Source of the DNA: a virus
Lineage: Duplodnaviria > Caudoviricetes
IMG/VR virus record: IMGVR_UViG_3300021400_000341
Span: 2,595 to 66,594 of that record
Direction: 5' to 3' (one strand)
DNA: 64,000 nucleotides
This document shows, piece by piece, positions 20,328-30,891 of the stretch (positions are counted from its first letter, which is position 1; each line of letters begins with the position of its first letter). The position numbers and the translations under genes were made by a program. The notes beneath the pieces were generated by a model that was given only the letters and a program-made list of their open reading frames with translations, was not told the DNA's origin and made no database searches.

Positions 20328-23036
20328 ATGAGTAAAAATTATATAAGTGGAATCTTATTTAAAAAAGAATTAGATTCTAATAATAATATAATTGGAAGAA
20401 CTCCTATATTACCGAGAACTCTGACTTCAGAGATTATTACAAATGAGAAAAATGATAGCGATAAATATGTAAAATTATCTGATATATTAGATAATATTAC
20501 TACTATAACTAATTCATCAAATAATAAGGTAGAAATATCTTCTATAAAAACAAATACTTTATATACAGATAAAATTGCAGGTAAAACTGATCCGAATGTT
20601 GTAGAAATATCCATATCTACTATAAAAGTAAATACTTTATATACGGATAGCATTACAAGTAAAACTGATTCAAATACTTCAATATTATTTAATAAAAATA
20701 TAGTACCACAATCAGATATAATTTATAATATTGGAGATACTAATAACAGATTTAATAATATCTATGCTAGAAATGTACATGCTGACACGCATGTAATTAC
20801 TGGTGGCAATGCTGATGATAGTATGCGTAATAGTGGCAAATTTAATATATCCGGAGTAGATAATTCACAAAATTCCGAATTATTTAGTTTAAGATTAGAT
20901 TATACTCCTAGTGATAATAGTACAGATATATTATTAGAAGTAACCCCTTCTGAAACTATTGATAGTGTCATACATAAAGGTGCAGTAACTTCATATTTAC
21001 CTATAAAAGTAAATAATATAAGAGTTACTGTTAATAGTAAAACATGTTATATAGGATATGGAACAAATGAATACCATTATAATTTAGATATAAATAATAC
21101 TATATATAATAAAATAATTCAATTCCAAAATGCAATTAAAGATGCTATTGAAAGTGGTTATAATGAAATTATAATATTATCTGGGGTTTATTATTTAGGA
21201 TGTCCTATTATAGTAACAAGAGCAAATATAACTATAAAAGGATTAGGCTATAATACAAGTATAAGAACACCTTATCATACACCTACATTTATAGTAGAAA
21301 GTGACGGTGTATGCATAAGAGATATGAGTATATGTAAAGTAATAGGTAGTATATTATATGATACTTTATATAATACAGATATTAGTGATATGAAAACATG
21401 GTGGAACAATGGTCAACCAAGCATTTTCCCTATATGTGATGGTACTTATAGTAAAGATAGTGTAACACCTGAATATACTTCAGACATAATCTTAAAAGCA
21501 AGTAGTTGTACTGTTGATAATATTAATTTTGTTAATATGAAATCTGATTATGCTATAGATATAGTAGATAGATCTGATGAAGAGGCTAATTATAAGACAT
21601 ATGCAAATCAATTTATTAATTATTTTAATACCACAATAACTATCACGGCAGGTGATTTAATAGGTAATATAAATAAATTAATAAGATATGGTTTTGTAGT
21701 ATTACTGAGTAGTGTACAAAATTGGTATAATTTCATACCTAAATCATCCAGTACTAGTGATGAAATAGCTGTTGGTAATAATGATGGTGTAAACCAAGGT
21801 CTTAATTATATATACAAAATTAAAATTGATGAATATGATATTAATCCAAATTATACTATAAAATATATGATGATAAATTCAGAATCTACTAGATGTAAAA
21901 TTATCTTCAATGAATCACCTAATGAGGAAACTGTTATTGAACTGAACGGTTCTATGAATTTTAATTTTAGTAAAGCTTGTAAAAATATAGATAATAGTAT
22001 AGTAACATGGGCTTCATTTTGGAAATTTAATAGTATTGATATAACTGCAACATCCTATAACAATTTTAAAGAATTTATCACCAGTACATTACATGGCACC
22101 GTAAAAGAGCATGAGACAGATAATTCTGTTACAATTACATTTAGTAATATATCCTTAAGAATTAATTACAACAAAACAAATTTTGATGATTCTTTAATTT
22201 GTGATAAAATATATATAGTTGATAAAACAGAATTTACTACTAGTGACGGTATTAATATTAAATTATATTATAAAGATAAATTGGTAGATAGTAGTAGTTC
22301 AACTAAATTAATAAAATTCTGGTATCCTTATAGGAAAATTGGTTCTGAAGAAGATCCTAAAATTGATACTGGATTAGAAGTTATTTCTATAAAAGATAAC
22401 ATCCTTTATACTGTTGGTGATATAACCAGCTCTTCAGGATTTGATCCTATAAACAGAAGCAACATTTCTATCACACCAGATAATTGTTTTTATGATTCAA
22501 GAACTGATGATCAATCTAAATATCTGAAAGACACTACATTTTTTAGTGATAATGACAACTATGATATATATTCTAAGTATTTAGGATTTAGTTCTATATT
22601 TGTAGATTGGCATTGGCAATTATTTACATCTAATACAACAAAAGCTGTAAAGTATGCTTATAGTTATAATAAGATTACGAATTGTTTATTCCAAAATAGT
22701 TACCAAATGTTCAAAGTATATGAAAATGATTATTACACATATAGGTATAATAATGCTAAAATTATAACTCTAAATGACTTTACGACTGATAATGTTAATT
22801 ATAATAATGGAAGCCTTGATACATGCCCCAAAACTATAGTTAGTAATTCGACATCAACTAATGCTAGATTTAGAATTTGTGATACTTTATATAGTGGTAT
22901 ATTCGGTGGGCATGAGTATAAAGAAGATGTTGTATCTTATAAGACAACAAATGATATAGAAGGATATGCTAGTGTAAATATAACTATGAATCCAAGACTT
23001 ATAAAATTACTTAAAGGCGAAGATTTGCATAGATAA
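20328..23036 (+). CDS. Putative tailspike/depolymerase with a beta-helix region
   Basis: FQNAIKDAIESGYNEIIILSGVYYL...ITIKGLG is a typical pectate-lyase-like entry motif; internal repeat VEISSIKTNTLYTD / ISTIKVNTLYTD. Confidence 0.6.
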   Translation: MSKNYISGILFKKELDSNNNIIGRTPILPRTLTSEIITNEKNDSDKYVKLSDILDNITTITNSSNNKVEISSIKTNTLYTDKIAGKTDPNVVEISISTIKVNTLYTDSITSKTDSNTSILFNKNIVPQSDIIYNIGDTNNRFNNIYARNVHADTHVITGGNADDSMRNSGKFNISGVDNSQNSELFSLRLDYTPSDNSTDILLEVTPSETIDSVIHKGAVTSYLPIKVNNIRVTVNSKTCYIGYGTNEYHYNLDINNTIYNKIIQFQNAIKDAIESGYNEIIILSGVYYLGCPIIVTRANITIKGLGYNTSIRTPYHTPTFIVESDGVCIRDMSICKVIGSILYDTLYNTDISDMKTWWNNGQPSIFPICDGTYSKDSVTPEYTSDIILKASSCTVDNINFVNMKSDYAIDIVDRSDEEANYKTYANQFINYFNTTITITAGDLIGNINKLIRYGFVVLLSSVQNWYNFIPKSSSTSDEIAVGNNDGVNQGLNYIYKIKIDEYDINPNYTIKYMMINSESTRCKIIFNESPNEETVIELNGSMNFNFSKACKNIDNSIVTWASFWKFNSIDITATSYNNFKEFITSTLHGTVKEHETDNSVTITFSNISLRINYNKTNFDDSLICDKIYIVDKTEFTTSDGINIKLYYKDKLVDSSSSTKLIKFWYPYRKIGSEEDPKIDTGLEVISIKDNILYTVGDITSSSGFDPINRSNISITPDNCFYDSRTDDQSKYLKDTTFFSDNDNYDIYSKYLGFSSIFVDWHWQLFTSNTTKAVKYAYSYNKITNCLFQNSYQMFKVYENDYYTYRYNNAKIITLNDFTTDNVNYNNGSLDTCPKTIVSNSTSTNARFRICDTLYSGIFGGHEYKEDVVSYKTTNDIEGYASVNITMNPRLIKLLKGEDLHR

Positions 23037-23134
23037 ATTTAGACAAAAAATAGAGGTTATGTTTAGAACATAACCTCTATTTTTTAAGGAAGATACCAAT
23101 GAAAATCTGACTTTAAAATTATAATTATTTAAAT
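23030..23134 (+). repeat. Direct repeat copy 1 (~105 bp, contains a bidirectional hairpin)
   Basis: TAGATAAATTTAGACAA...TAGAGGTTATG..CATAACCTCTA...TAAGGAAGAT..CAATGAAAATCTGACTTTAAA.TTATAATTATTTAAAT recurs at 23934-24042. Confidence 0.9.
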
Positions 23135-23874
23135 ACTGGAAATGCTGTAACGATATAACCGTTATTAAAATCATATAAGAATCTAATAGTTATATTTTTA
23201 TATTTACCTTTATATACTCTATGACCTTGTATATAACCACTAGTTTTCTCAGCAGTTTTATAAGCTTCTCTAATAGACTTCATTATTTCTAAATCACTCA
23301 TATAATAAGGAAAATGATCAACAGAATCATTTTGTCTACCATACTTATCATAATAATCTACTCTACTTATTAATTTTAATTCAACATTACTAAATAATTT
23401 ATTTTTAGTAAAAGAATTTCCTAGATCAGTGTTATAGATTATTCCATTTATTATACGTATTTTATATTTTATTGATGTAATAATAGATTCAAACATTGTT
23501 TTAGAATGTATTCTCAAATCATTTTTTAATGATGATTCAAAATCTCTGCATGTTATATCAATTCTTTTTCTAATAGAATGTCCATCTATAATATGTTTCA
23601 TTCTATTAAGAGGCAATGTGTGATTATTTTTATAATCAAAATCCGGTTCATCATAATCTATTTCTATCTTATAATAACTATATAATTCTCCTTTCCATTT
23701 AGGTAAATTATTTCTTACACTTTCTCCATAATATTTCTCTAAATAATAATCTATATTATCTACTAGATAACCACTATCCATATAATCTTCATATATAATA
23801 GAATCTATACCCGGATAATCAATAGACTTATTACCAATAATAGAATTAATTTCATTAAATATATTATTAACCAT
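23125..23874 (-). CDS. EndoU-like ribonuclease
   Basis: KHIIDGH plus C-terminal HFPYYMSDLEIMKSIREAY...YKG...ITIRF...GYIVTAFP match the bacterial EndoU toxin pattern; the usual Lys before FP is not obvious. Confidence 0.6.
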   Translation of the reverse strand: MVNNIFNEINSIIGNKSIDYPGIDSIIYEDYMDSGYLVDNIDYYLEKYYGESVRNNLPKWKGELYSYYKIEIDYDEPDFDYKNNHTLPLNRMKHIIDGHSIRKRIDITCRDFESSLKNDLRIHSKTMFESIITSIKYKIRIINGIIYNTDLGNSFTKNKLFSNVELKLISRVDYYDKYGRQNDSVDHFPYYMSDLEIMKSIREAYKTAEKTSGYIQGHRVYKGKYKNITIRFLYDFNNGYIVTAFPVFK

Positions 23875-23933
23875 AATATAATCCTCCTTTTATATAAATA
23901 AATTATTACATAAAGATGATATATAAATAAAAA

Positions 23934-24042
23934 TAGATAAATTTAGACAACAATAAATAGAGGTTATGCATTAAGCATAACCTCTATTTACCTAAGGAAG
24001 ATGTCAATGAAAATCTGACTTTAAAGTTATAATTATTTAAAT
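23934..24042 (+). repeat. Direct repeat copy 2
   Basis: Aligns with 23030-23134; hairpin stem conserved, loop differs. Confidence 0.9.
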
Positions 24043-24046
24043 GTTA

Positions 24047-24409
24047 TTATATTACTAATTGAAATATACTTACTTTATATTTTCTTATAGTATTATCATT
24101 TACTATGTCATCTAACTTACTTAATAAATAATCTATATTTATATCACTCATTAAACATATATCTTCACTCTTTAAGAAACTTAAAGAATCTTGATATATA
24201 TTTTCATAATATACATATCTTCTACATAAACTTTCTTCACCATTATCAACTAAATCTTTTAAGTTTTTATCTTTCATATTACGGATTATCCATTTTTTAC
24301 TATTTACATAATCCATAGCAGCTTGTGCTATAATAGCATTAGCTAAACAATAGATTGCATCTATACCATTTTGTCCACGTAATAATTTACCCTTAATATA
24401 ATCTGCCAT
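24047..24409 (-). CDS. Hypothetical protein
   Basis: LANAIIAQAAMDY motif familiar from Bacillota phage hypotheticals; SD GAGG. Confidence 0.65.
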   Translation of the reverse strand: MADYIKGKLLRGQNGIDAIYCLANAIIAQAAMDYVNSKKWIIRNMKDKNLKDLVDNGEESLCRRYVYYENIYQDSLSFLKSEDICLMSDINIDYLLSKLDDIVNDNTIRKYKVSIFQLVI

Positions 24410-24428
24410 AATAAATACCTCATCTATA

Positions 24429-25655
24429 TTAACCTTCGTAACCTTCAGGATATTGTATGGTTAATCCATATTTTATCTCAGGTAAAGGTCTAGTTAATAC
24501 CATTTCTCTATATTTATTTAATAAGTTTTTCATATTAATTAATGATTCTCTGGAGTGTGGTACTATGTATCTATTATTTTTAGAATCTAATATGTTTATG
24601 TAGTAATTAACAGTATCCAATTTATTATATATGAGAGATAAAACTAACATCTTATCATCGTTATTTCTAATATTACCAATTTCTAATCCTATATAATCTA
24701 TACTTGCAGGGTCAATTCTTTTAAGCTTATTTACTCTACTAAAAAATCCCTCAGTTACATATTTAGTAGAGTCTTCTAAAATAGAATTAATATATTCATC
24801 ATTTCTTGATTCATTAACTCCATTATTACCTAAACCTGTAGATACTTTATTAAATAGCTTACTTGCTATTTTACTCGGTGTACTTGCAACCATATGTGCA
24901 ATATTTCTTCTAGCTATATTATTTTGTCTTTTCTCAAGTTGTTTTAAAGTATCTATAGAAAATCCCATTAATTCAATAGTATCTTTATCAACATCTGTTG
25001 TACCAATATATCCTACTATTTTATCAATAGCAGAATTAAGTTCCATACCATAACCGGCTTTAACAGCATAGTTATCTGCTCTAATTTCATTTCTTAAAGT
25101 ATCTTTATCTTTCTTTCCTCCACATAGATTAAGAAGAGGGAAATATAATAACTTGCTAAGCAAACTGTTTTTTAAAGCATATTTTGAAAGTAAATCATTC
25201 TTAGCAAATTCTATTTTTATTACTCTATTAATCTTAACAGGTACAGAATTAGAATATACAAAATGTCCAATCTCATGCATTAATAATGCTGTTAATTCTC
25301 TTTCTGTTAATCCGGCTTTAGCTGTAAGAATTCTTGAGTCAATTTCAACATTCCAACTATCACTACCATTCCAAATATTAGTAATCTCATCATCAGTATT
25401 CTCTGAAACGATAGCTTCTATTATTTTATTAATAACAGACTCTGATGGATATATACTCATTATTACACAAGATTGATTCATACTTGTAGGTTTAACTGTA
25501 TCTACACTAAATGCTTTGCCTGTAATACTTCTTAAAGCATCAGCTATAGTTCTTTGTGCAGCTATATCAGAATCATTTGCTTTTAATCTTGTGAAAGCAT
25601 TTTCTATATCATTTAACTTATCTTTACTTATTAAAATTCTCATATGTAAAATCAC
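24429..25655 (-). CDS. Zincin-like metallopeptidase, putative virion protein
   Basis: LMHEIGH (HExxH) and downstream NEIRADNYA (ExxAD). Confidence 0.65.
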   Translation of the reverse strand: MILHMRILISKDKLNDIENAFTRLKANDSDIAAQRTIADALRSITGKAFSVDTVKPTSMNQSCVIMSIYPSESVINKIIEAIVSENTDDEITNIWNGSDSWNVEIDSRILTAKAGLTERELTALLMHEIGHFVYSNSVPVKINRVIKIEFAKNDLLSKYALKNSLLSKLLYFPLLNLCGGKKDKDTLRNEIRADNYAVKAGYGMELNSAIDKIVGYIGTTDVDKDTIELMGFSIDTLKQLEKRQNNIARRNIAHMVASTPSKIASKLFNKVSTGLGNNGVNESRNDEYINSILEDSTKYVTEGFFSRVNKLKRIDPASIDYIGLEIGNIRNNDDKMLVLSLIYNKLDTVNYYINILDSKNNRYIVPHSRESLINMKNLLNKYREMVLTRPLPEIKYGLTIQYPEGYEG

Positions 25656-25747
25656 CTCTCTATTATATGTTATTAATACTTAATATAAAGTTCAATAGAT
25701 ATATTGAAAAGAAATAGAATAGTCATCTATTCTATTTCTTATCCATA

Positions 25748-26173
25748 TTATATAGGTTTATTCTTTTCTAAAATATATATCGGTATATTTTCAAATACTT
25801 CATCAAGAGAACTTGATTCTAATAATCCTAATAAATATAAATTAAATGGATTAAAATTTGCATCTAATTCAGTAATAAAATCTTCAGATACAGGAGTTTC
25901 GACTAATGTTGCAATTGGATCAGAATCTTCATGTATAAGATATTCTACTAATAAATCAGAGTCTTTTGATACGAATTTAGTAAATTCATATTTTTTATTA
26001 GCAGTATCCTGCCATTCTGTAAAGTTCTCACATAAAAATTTAGTTATCTTTTCTAGTAATACATCTTTATCTAATACAAAATCAATAGATTCTCCCTTAT
26101 CATCATATAATGTAATTTCATCTCCTTTAGTTAATTCATTTTTAAGAGCTTCAATAACTTTTTCATTTACCAT
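25748..26173 (-). CDS. Hypothetical protein
   Basis: ORF with SD AAGAAAGGAAG. Confidence 0.7.
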   Translation of the reverse strand: MVNEKVIEALKNELTKGDEITLYDDKGESIDFVLDKDVLLEKITKFLCENFTEWQDTANKKYEFTKFVSKDSDLLVEYLIHEDSDPIATLVETPVSEDFITELDANFNPFNLYLLGLLESSSLDEVFENIPIYILEKNKPI

Positions 26174-26192
26174 AACTATAACTTCCTTTCTT

Positions 26193-26525
26193 TTAGTTAA
26201 TTTTTATTTTCATTGCAAGCATTCCAAAGAAATTTATAAACTCGTCTTTAGTCATAAATATATCAATTAAATCATAACCATCTCTTGTACGAATAGTTAC
26301 ATTATTGAAATCATCATCTAATTGATTATCTGAAATGTATATTTTATATGTATTATCGTCATCTTTATATATAGATGCCATATTTAATAATACTATCTTA
26401 TCATCTCTCTTAAATTCAGCAACTACTGTTTTACCTAATTTTTTAAATATAAGATCTTTATTTATAATCTTATATTTAGAAATATCCCATATTTTGTCTA
26501 TTTTCATTTCATAAACATCCTCCAT
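26193..26525 (-). CDS. Hypothetical protein
   Basis: ORF in tandem with 25748-26173. Confidence 0.6.
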   Translation of the reverse strand: MEDVYEMKIDKIWDISKYKIINKDLIFKKLGKTVVAEFKRDDKIVLLNMASIYKDDDNTYKIYISDNQLDDDFNNVTIRTRDGYDLIDIFMTKDEFINFFGMLAMKIKIN

Positions 26526-26608
26526 TTAGTTTATTTAAACATATGTAACCATAATGATTATTTTATATATCATTTAAAACTTTTGATTAATGTAAAAATA
26601 AAGGAGTT

Positions 26609-27775
26609 ATGAATATGGATATAGAATTAAATGAAGACCAAGTATATGCTTTATATGATATGGAAAAATGGTGGTATGATTCAAATAACCAAATATTTGA
26701 ATTATCAGGAGCAGGTGGTACAGGTAAAACATTTTTAGTTAAGTATTTTATAGATAGAATAAATTTAGATATGAGTCATGTTAAATTTATTGCCTATATG
26801 GGTAAAGCTGCTATGGCTTTAGCGAGGACAGGTTTACCTGCTCAAACAATACATTCATTAATATATGACTTTAATAAAGATGTTAAGATAGACCCTGAAA
26901 CAGGTAAGAAATCATATAAGTATTATTTTACATTGAAAGATAAAGTAGAATTAAAAGGTATTAAACTTTTAGTATTAGATGAAGGTTCAATGGTAAATGA
27001 ACAGATAGCTAAAGATTTATTAAGTTTTAATATACCTATGTTAATATTAGGAGATTTAAATCAGTTACCTCCAGTTATAGGTAACTCTGTATTTTTAAAA
27101 AACCCTAATTATATATTAACTAAAATTATGAGACAAGCAGAAAATGACCCTATAATATATTTATCTCAGAGAGTATTAAATGATGAACCATTACATTATG
27201 GAGTATATGGTAATTCTTCAGTTATAAAGAAATCTGAATTACAAGATTTTCATCTAAAAGAAGCTGATATAGTTTTAACTGCAACTAATAATCTTAGAGA
27301 TAAAATAAATAGTTTATATAGAGAAAACATTATGGATATAAAAAGATTGGATATACCTAATGTTGGAGAGAAAGTAATATGTAGGAAAAATTATTGGAAT
27401 AGGTCTATTAATGAAAATATATTTTTAATAAATGGAATGACAGGTACTTTTACATATATAGATATTAGTTCTTTAACTAAGAATAGAGGAGTTAAATGTG
27501 ATTTCCATCCTGATTTCTTAAAAGATAAGAAATTTAAAAATTTAAATGTATCAATAGATAGATTATTTGATAAACCTACTGATAATAAATTTAAGTATTT
27601 AGGTATGTATGAATTTGAATTTGCATATGCAATAACAACTCATTTATCACAAGGCAGTCAATATGATAATGTAGTATATCTTGATGAAGATGGTGTTTTT
27701 GATAAAGATACTATGAGAAGATTAAGATATACAGCAATAAGTAGGGCTGCCAAAAAATTAATAATAGTAAAATAA
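26609..27775 (+). CDS. Dda/RecD-like SF1 helicase
   Basis: LSGAGGTGKT, VLDEGSMV, GDLNQLPPV, FAYAITTHLSQGSQY, YTAISRA. Confidence 0.9.
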   Translation: MNMDIELNEDQVYALYDMEKWWYDSNNQIFELSGAGGTGKTFLVKYFIDRINLDMSHVKFIAYMGKAAMALARTGLPAQTIHSLIYDFNKDVKIDPETGKKSYKYYFTLKDKVELKGIKLLVLDEGSMVNEQIAKDLLSFNIPMLILGDLNQLPPVIGNSVFLKNPNYILTKIMRQAENDPIIYLSQRVLNDEPLHYGVYGNSSVIKKSELQDFHLKEADIVLTATNNLRDKINSLYRENIMDIKRLDIPNVGEKVICRKNYWNRSINENIFLINGMTGTFTYIDISSLTKNRGVKCDFHPDFLKDKKFKNLNVSIDRLFDKPTDNKFKYLGMYEFEFAYAITTHLSQGSQYDNVVYLDEDGVFDKDTMRRLRYTAISRAAKKLIIVK

Positions 27776-27819
27776 ATATATTAAAATTTATATTCTAACT
27801 ATTTTATAGAGGTGATAAT

Positions 27820-29490
27820 ATGAGTGGTAAAATAAAAATACCTACTGTGGAAGAGATTCGCAGTAAAAAACTTAATTTAAAATTAGATATCAATTTATTG
27901 GAACTTATATTATCTTTTCTTAGAAAAGATAGTGTTTTAAAAACAAGGAAGGTTTTAAATAATACAAAAAAATTATTTGAAATAACAGATGAAAGTGTTT
28001 ATAAAGATAATATAGAATTATCTTCAAGAGTATGGTTAATAAAAAAATACTTAGACAAATTATTGGATAAAGATTTAACTGAAGATAGTATAATTTATCA
28101 GGAAATAAAAGATGATCCTGAATTTAATGACTTTATAGACAGTATATATAAAAATAATGATATAAAAAATATTTCATATAATAATATGAAAAGTATAATT
28201 AAATCTATAGATGATAGACTTGAATACGGTTATGTAATGACAATAAAAGATGTATATCAAGGATTATTAAATGCTATAGATGATAATGATTTTAATTCCT
28301 ATAAAGCTGTTTCTAATGATTTACAAGATATAGCTTTATCAGTTATTAATATAAAAAGAAGTACACGGAATATGGAATCTGATACAACTTTTTCATTAAG
28401 ACCTGAAGTGTTTGAAAATATAGTATCAGATTCTTTATCTAAACTAAAAGATAAACAAAAAGTATTTTTAACAGGAATTCAAGCATTAAATGTATTATTA
28501 TCTCCCGGATATATGGGAAAAAGATTATATATGTATTTAGCATTTCCGGGTGGTGGTAAATCTCAAGTATTATTAAAAGCGGCTTTAGATATTAAAAGAT
28601 ATAATGGCCACATTAAAGCAAAAAATCCTGATAATAATCCTGCTGTACTTTTAATTACAATGGAAAATGATATAGATGAAACTATTGAAAGAATGTTTAA
28701 TATGCTTGTAGATGATGAAGATATTAGAAATTATAATACATCTAAAGTAATTAAATCATTAAGAACTGATGGTGAACTTACTATTACTAATAAAAATAGT
28801 ATGGATATAATCATAAAATATTTTCCTAATAGAAGTATAAGTACAGATGATTTGTATACAATAATACAAGATTTGGAAGATGATAATATAGAAGTAGTTG
28901 CATTAATATTGGATTATGTTAAAAGAATAAGACCTACAGAAAAAGCCTCAAGTGAAAAAGAGGAACTTAAAAATATTACTAATGAATTGAAAACACTTGC
29001 TAAGATAAAAGAAATACCCGTTATTACAGCTCAACAGTTGAATAGAACTGCATCAAGTATAGTAGATGCTGCTGTTGGTGCAAATAAAGAAGATGTTACA
29101 AGATTAGTTGGTAGAGACGGCGTTGCAGGTTCTTGGGAAATAATTGAGAATAGCGATGTTGTTATAATAATAAATCAAGAAATTAAGAAAGATACAAATG
29201 ATCTTTATTTAACTTTTAAATTACTTAAAAGAAGATACAAATCAACAATGTCCGGTAAATATAAAAAACTGGATTACTTTAATCATCCTTATGCTGAAAA
29301 TAGTACTATTAGATTAGTTGATGATATATATGAAGCAAAATCAAAATCATTAACGAGTCTATCAAGTCAATTTATTGGAACAGATGAGGGTAAAAGAGGT
29401 AAGAGTAATGTAGTTGAAAGAGATGTTATTGATAGTAAAGATTTGAAAAAATCAAAAAATAAAGATGAATTTGATCCTTTTGAGTTTTAA
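27820..29490 (+). CDS. DnaB-like replicative helicase
   Basis: AFPGGGKS Walker A, LITMEN, LILDYV, TAQQLNR. Confidence 0.85.
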   Translation: MSGKIKIPTVEEIRSKKLNLKLDINLLELILSFLRKDSVLKTRKVLNNTKKLFEITDESVYKDNIELSSRVWLIKKYLDKLLDKDLTEDSIIYQEIKDDPEFNDFIDSIYKNNDIKNISYNNMKSIIKSIDDRLEYGYVMTIKDVYQGLLNAIDDNDFNSYKAVSNDLQDIALSVINIKRSTRNMESDTTFSLRPEVFENIVSDSLSKLKDKQKVFLTGIQALNVLLSPGYMGKRLYMYLAFPGGGKSQVLLKAALDIKRYNGHIKAKNPDNNPAVLLITMENDIDETIERMFNMLVDDEDIRNYNTSKVIKSLRTDGELTITNKNSMDIIIKYFPNRSISTDDLYTIIQDLEDDNIEVVALILDYVKRIRPTEKASSEKEELKNITNELKTLAKIKEIPVITAQQLNRTASSIVDAAVGANKEDVTRLVGRDGVAGSWEIIENSDVVIIINQEIKKDTNDLYLTFKLLKRRYKSTMSGKYKKLDYFNHPYAENSTIRLVDDIYEAKSKSLTSLSSQFIGTDEGKRGKSNVVERDVIDSKDLKKSKNKDEFDPFEF

Positions 29491-29610
29491 TAAATAAGAA
29501 TACCATGAATCATTTGTTTATAATGGTTCATGGTATTATATTAAGTCGTACTATAGTATTAATAGCAGAAAACATTAATATAAATACTTCATATACTTAA
29601 GAAAGGAGAT

Positions 29611-30873
29611 TTGAATATGTCCTTTATAGAAAAATATATAGAGAATAGAAAAAACAATGAAATATATATAGATGAAAATGCTACTGATTCTTATATAATG
29701 GAAGCTAATACTACTTCTACTATATATAAGGATACTATTGAACCTAAGGTTAACAAAATTCTATCAACTCCTGAGGGACATAGAAAATTCATAAATTTAG
29801 TAGGTAATTATATAAATAAGAATAATGCTAAATTAACAACAGCCGGTCCTGTTTATCAATTAGCATTTACTCAATTTGATAAAGAGGAATTTTTTAAATT
29901 ATTTGATATTACAGTTAATGATATAAATAATTTAACTAAAGTAGTTACTACTAAAATTAATGATAAAGCATCATGGCCTTTAATAAAACAAAATCCTATA
30001 TTTGTTTTATTTTATTATATAATAAGGTTTTATACTCTTAAAAAAGATGCAAAGGCATTAAATAGTTCTCTTATAATATTAGCATTAGCAATATACCCTT
30101 CAGTATTTTCTCATTTTTTTAAATATGAACCTAATGTTGGTGTAATGCAATATACGATAGATAATCTATCTCAAAGATTTATTATCAAAAAGAGTAATCA
30201 TATATTTGGTACACTAACATATTCAATACAAAATTCTTGGAAGTTCCATGAGAAAGATTTTAAGAATGGTGCAGATATTGATTGTATTACATTTATAAGA
30301 AGAATTAGAAATGACCAGAGTTCTTTATTAAGAAAAATAGCTAATAATTATTATGATAATTATAAAAAAGGATTATCTGTATATACTACAGTTGATAATT
30401 ATGAAGATAATATAAATGTAGATATTGAGAATAATACTAATAAAGTTGAATTATTAACAAATAGAATAGTTACTCAAATATTAATAAATGGATTAAATTT
30501 AGATATTACAGGCTTTGCATCCAATGCTTGTAATATAAGTAACTTAGAATTAAGAAACTATTTAAATAAAATAATAGTACATAAGAAAAATGATGAAATA
30601 CGTTCATTTATTGGAAGTATACTATTCTTATTCTTATATACAGATAAACATTCTGTTGAAGAAATACATAGTAAACTATTTTTAAGTTATACTATAGCCC
30701 TATTTAAAAAGACTAATAGTAAAGATAAGAATATAGCTAATGTGAAAAATATATTAGATAAATGGGGAGAAGATACAGGATTATATGGTAAATTTAGTAG
30801 AAAAGCTACAAGAGTAGATTATACAAGAGGTATGTTTTTATACTTTGTAATTTCTATTCAAAGATATAGTTAA
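29611..30873 (+). CDS. Putative virion structural protein
   Basis: Late motif at 29571-29582; first gene of a structural-looking run. Confidence 0.5.
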   Translation: MNMSFIEKYIENRKNNEIYIDENATDSYIMEANTTSTIYKDTIEPKVNKILSTPEGHRKFINLVGNYINKNNAKLTTAGPVYQLAFTQFDKEEFFKLFDITVNDINNLTKVVTTKINDKASWPLIKQNPIFVLFYYIIRFYTLKKDAKALNSSLIILALAIYPSVFSHFFKYEPNVGVMQYTIDNLSQRFIIKKSNHIFGTLTYSIQNSWKFHEKDFKNGADIDCITFIRRIRNDQSSLLRKIANNYYDNYKKGLSVYTTVDNYEDNINVDIENNTNKVELLTNRIVTQILINGLNLDITGFASNACNISNLELRNYLNKIIVHKKNDEIRSFIGSILFLFLYTDKHSVEEIHSKLFLSYTIALFKKTNSKDKNIANVKNILDKWGEDTGLYGKFSRKATRVDYTRGMFLYFVISIQRYS

Positions 30874-30891
30874 AAAGGTGGTGCTTAATAT

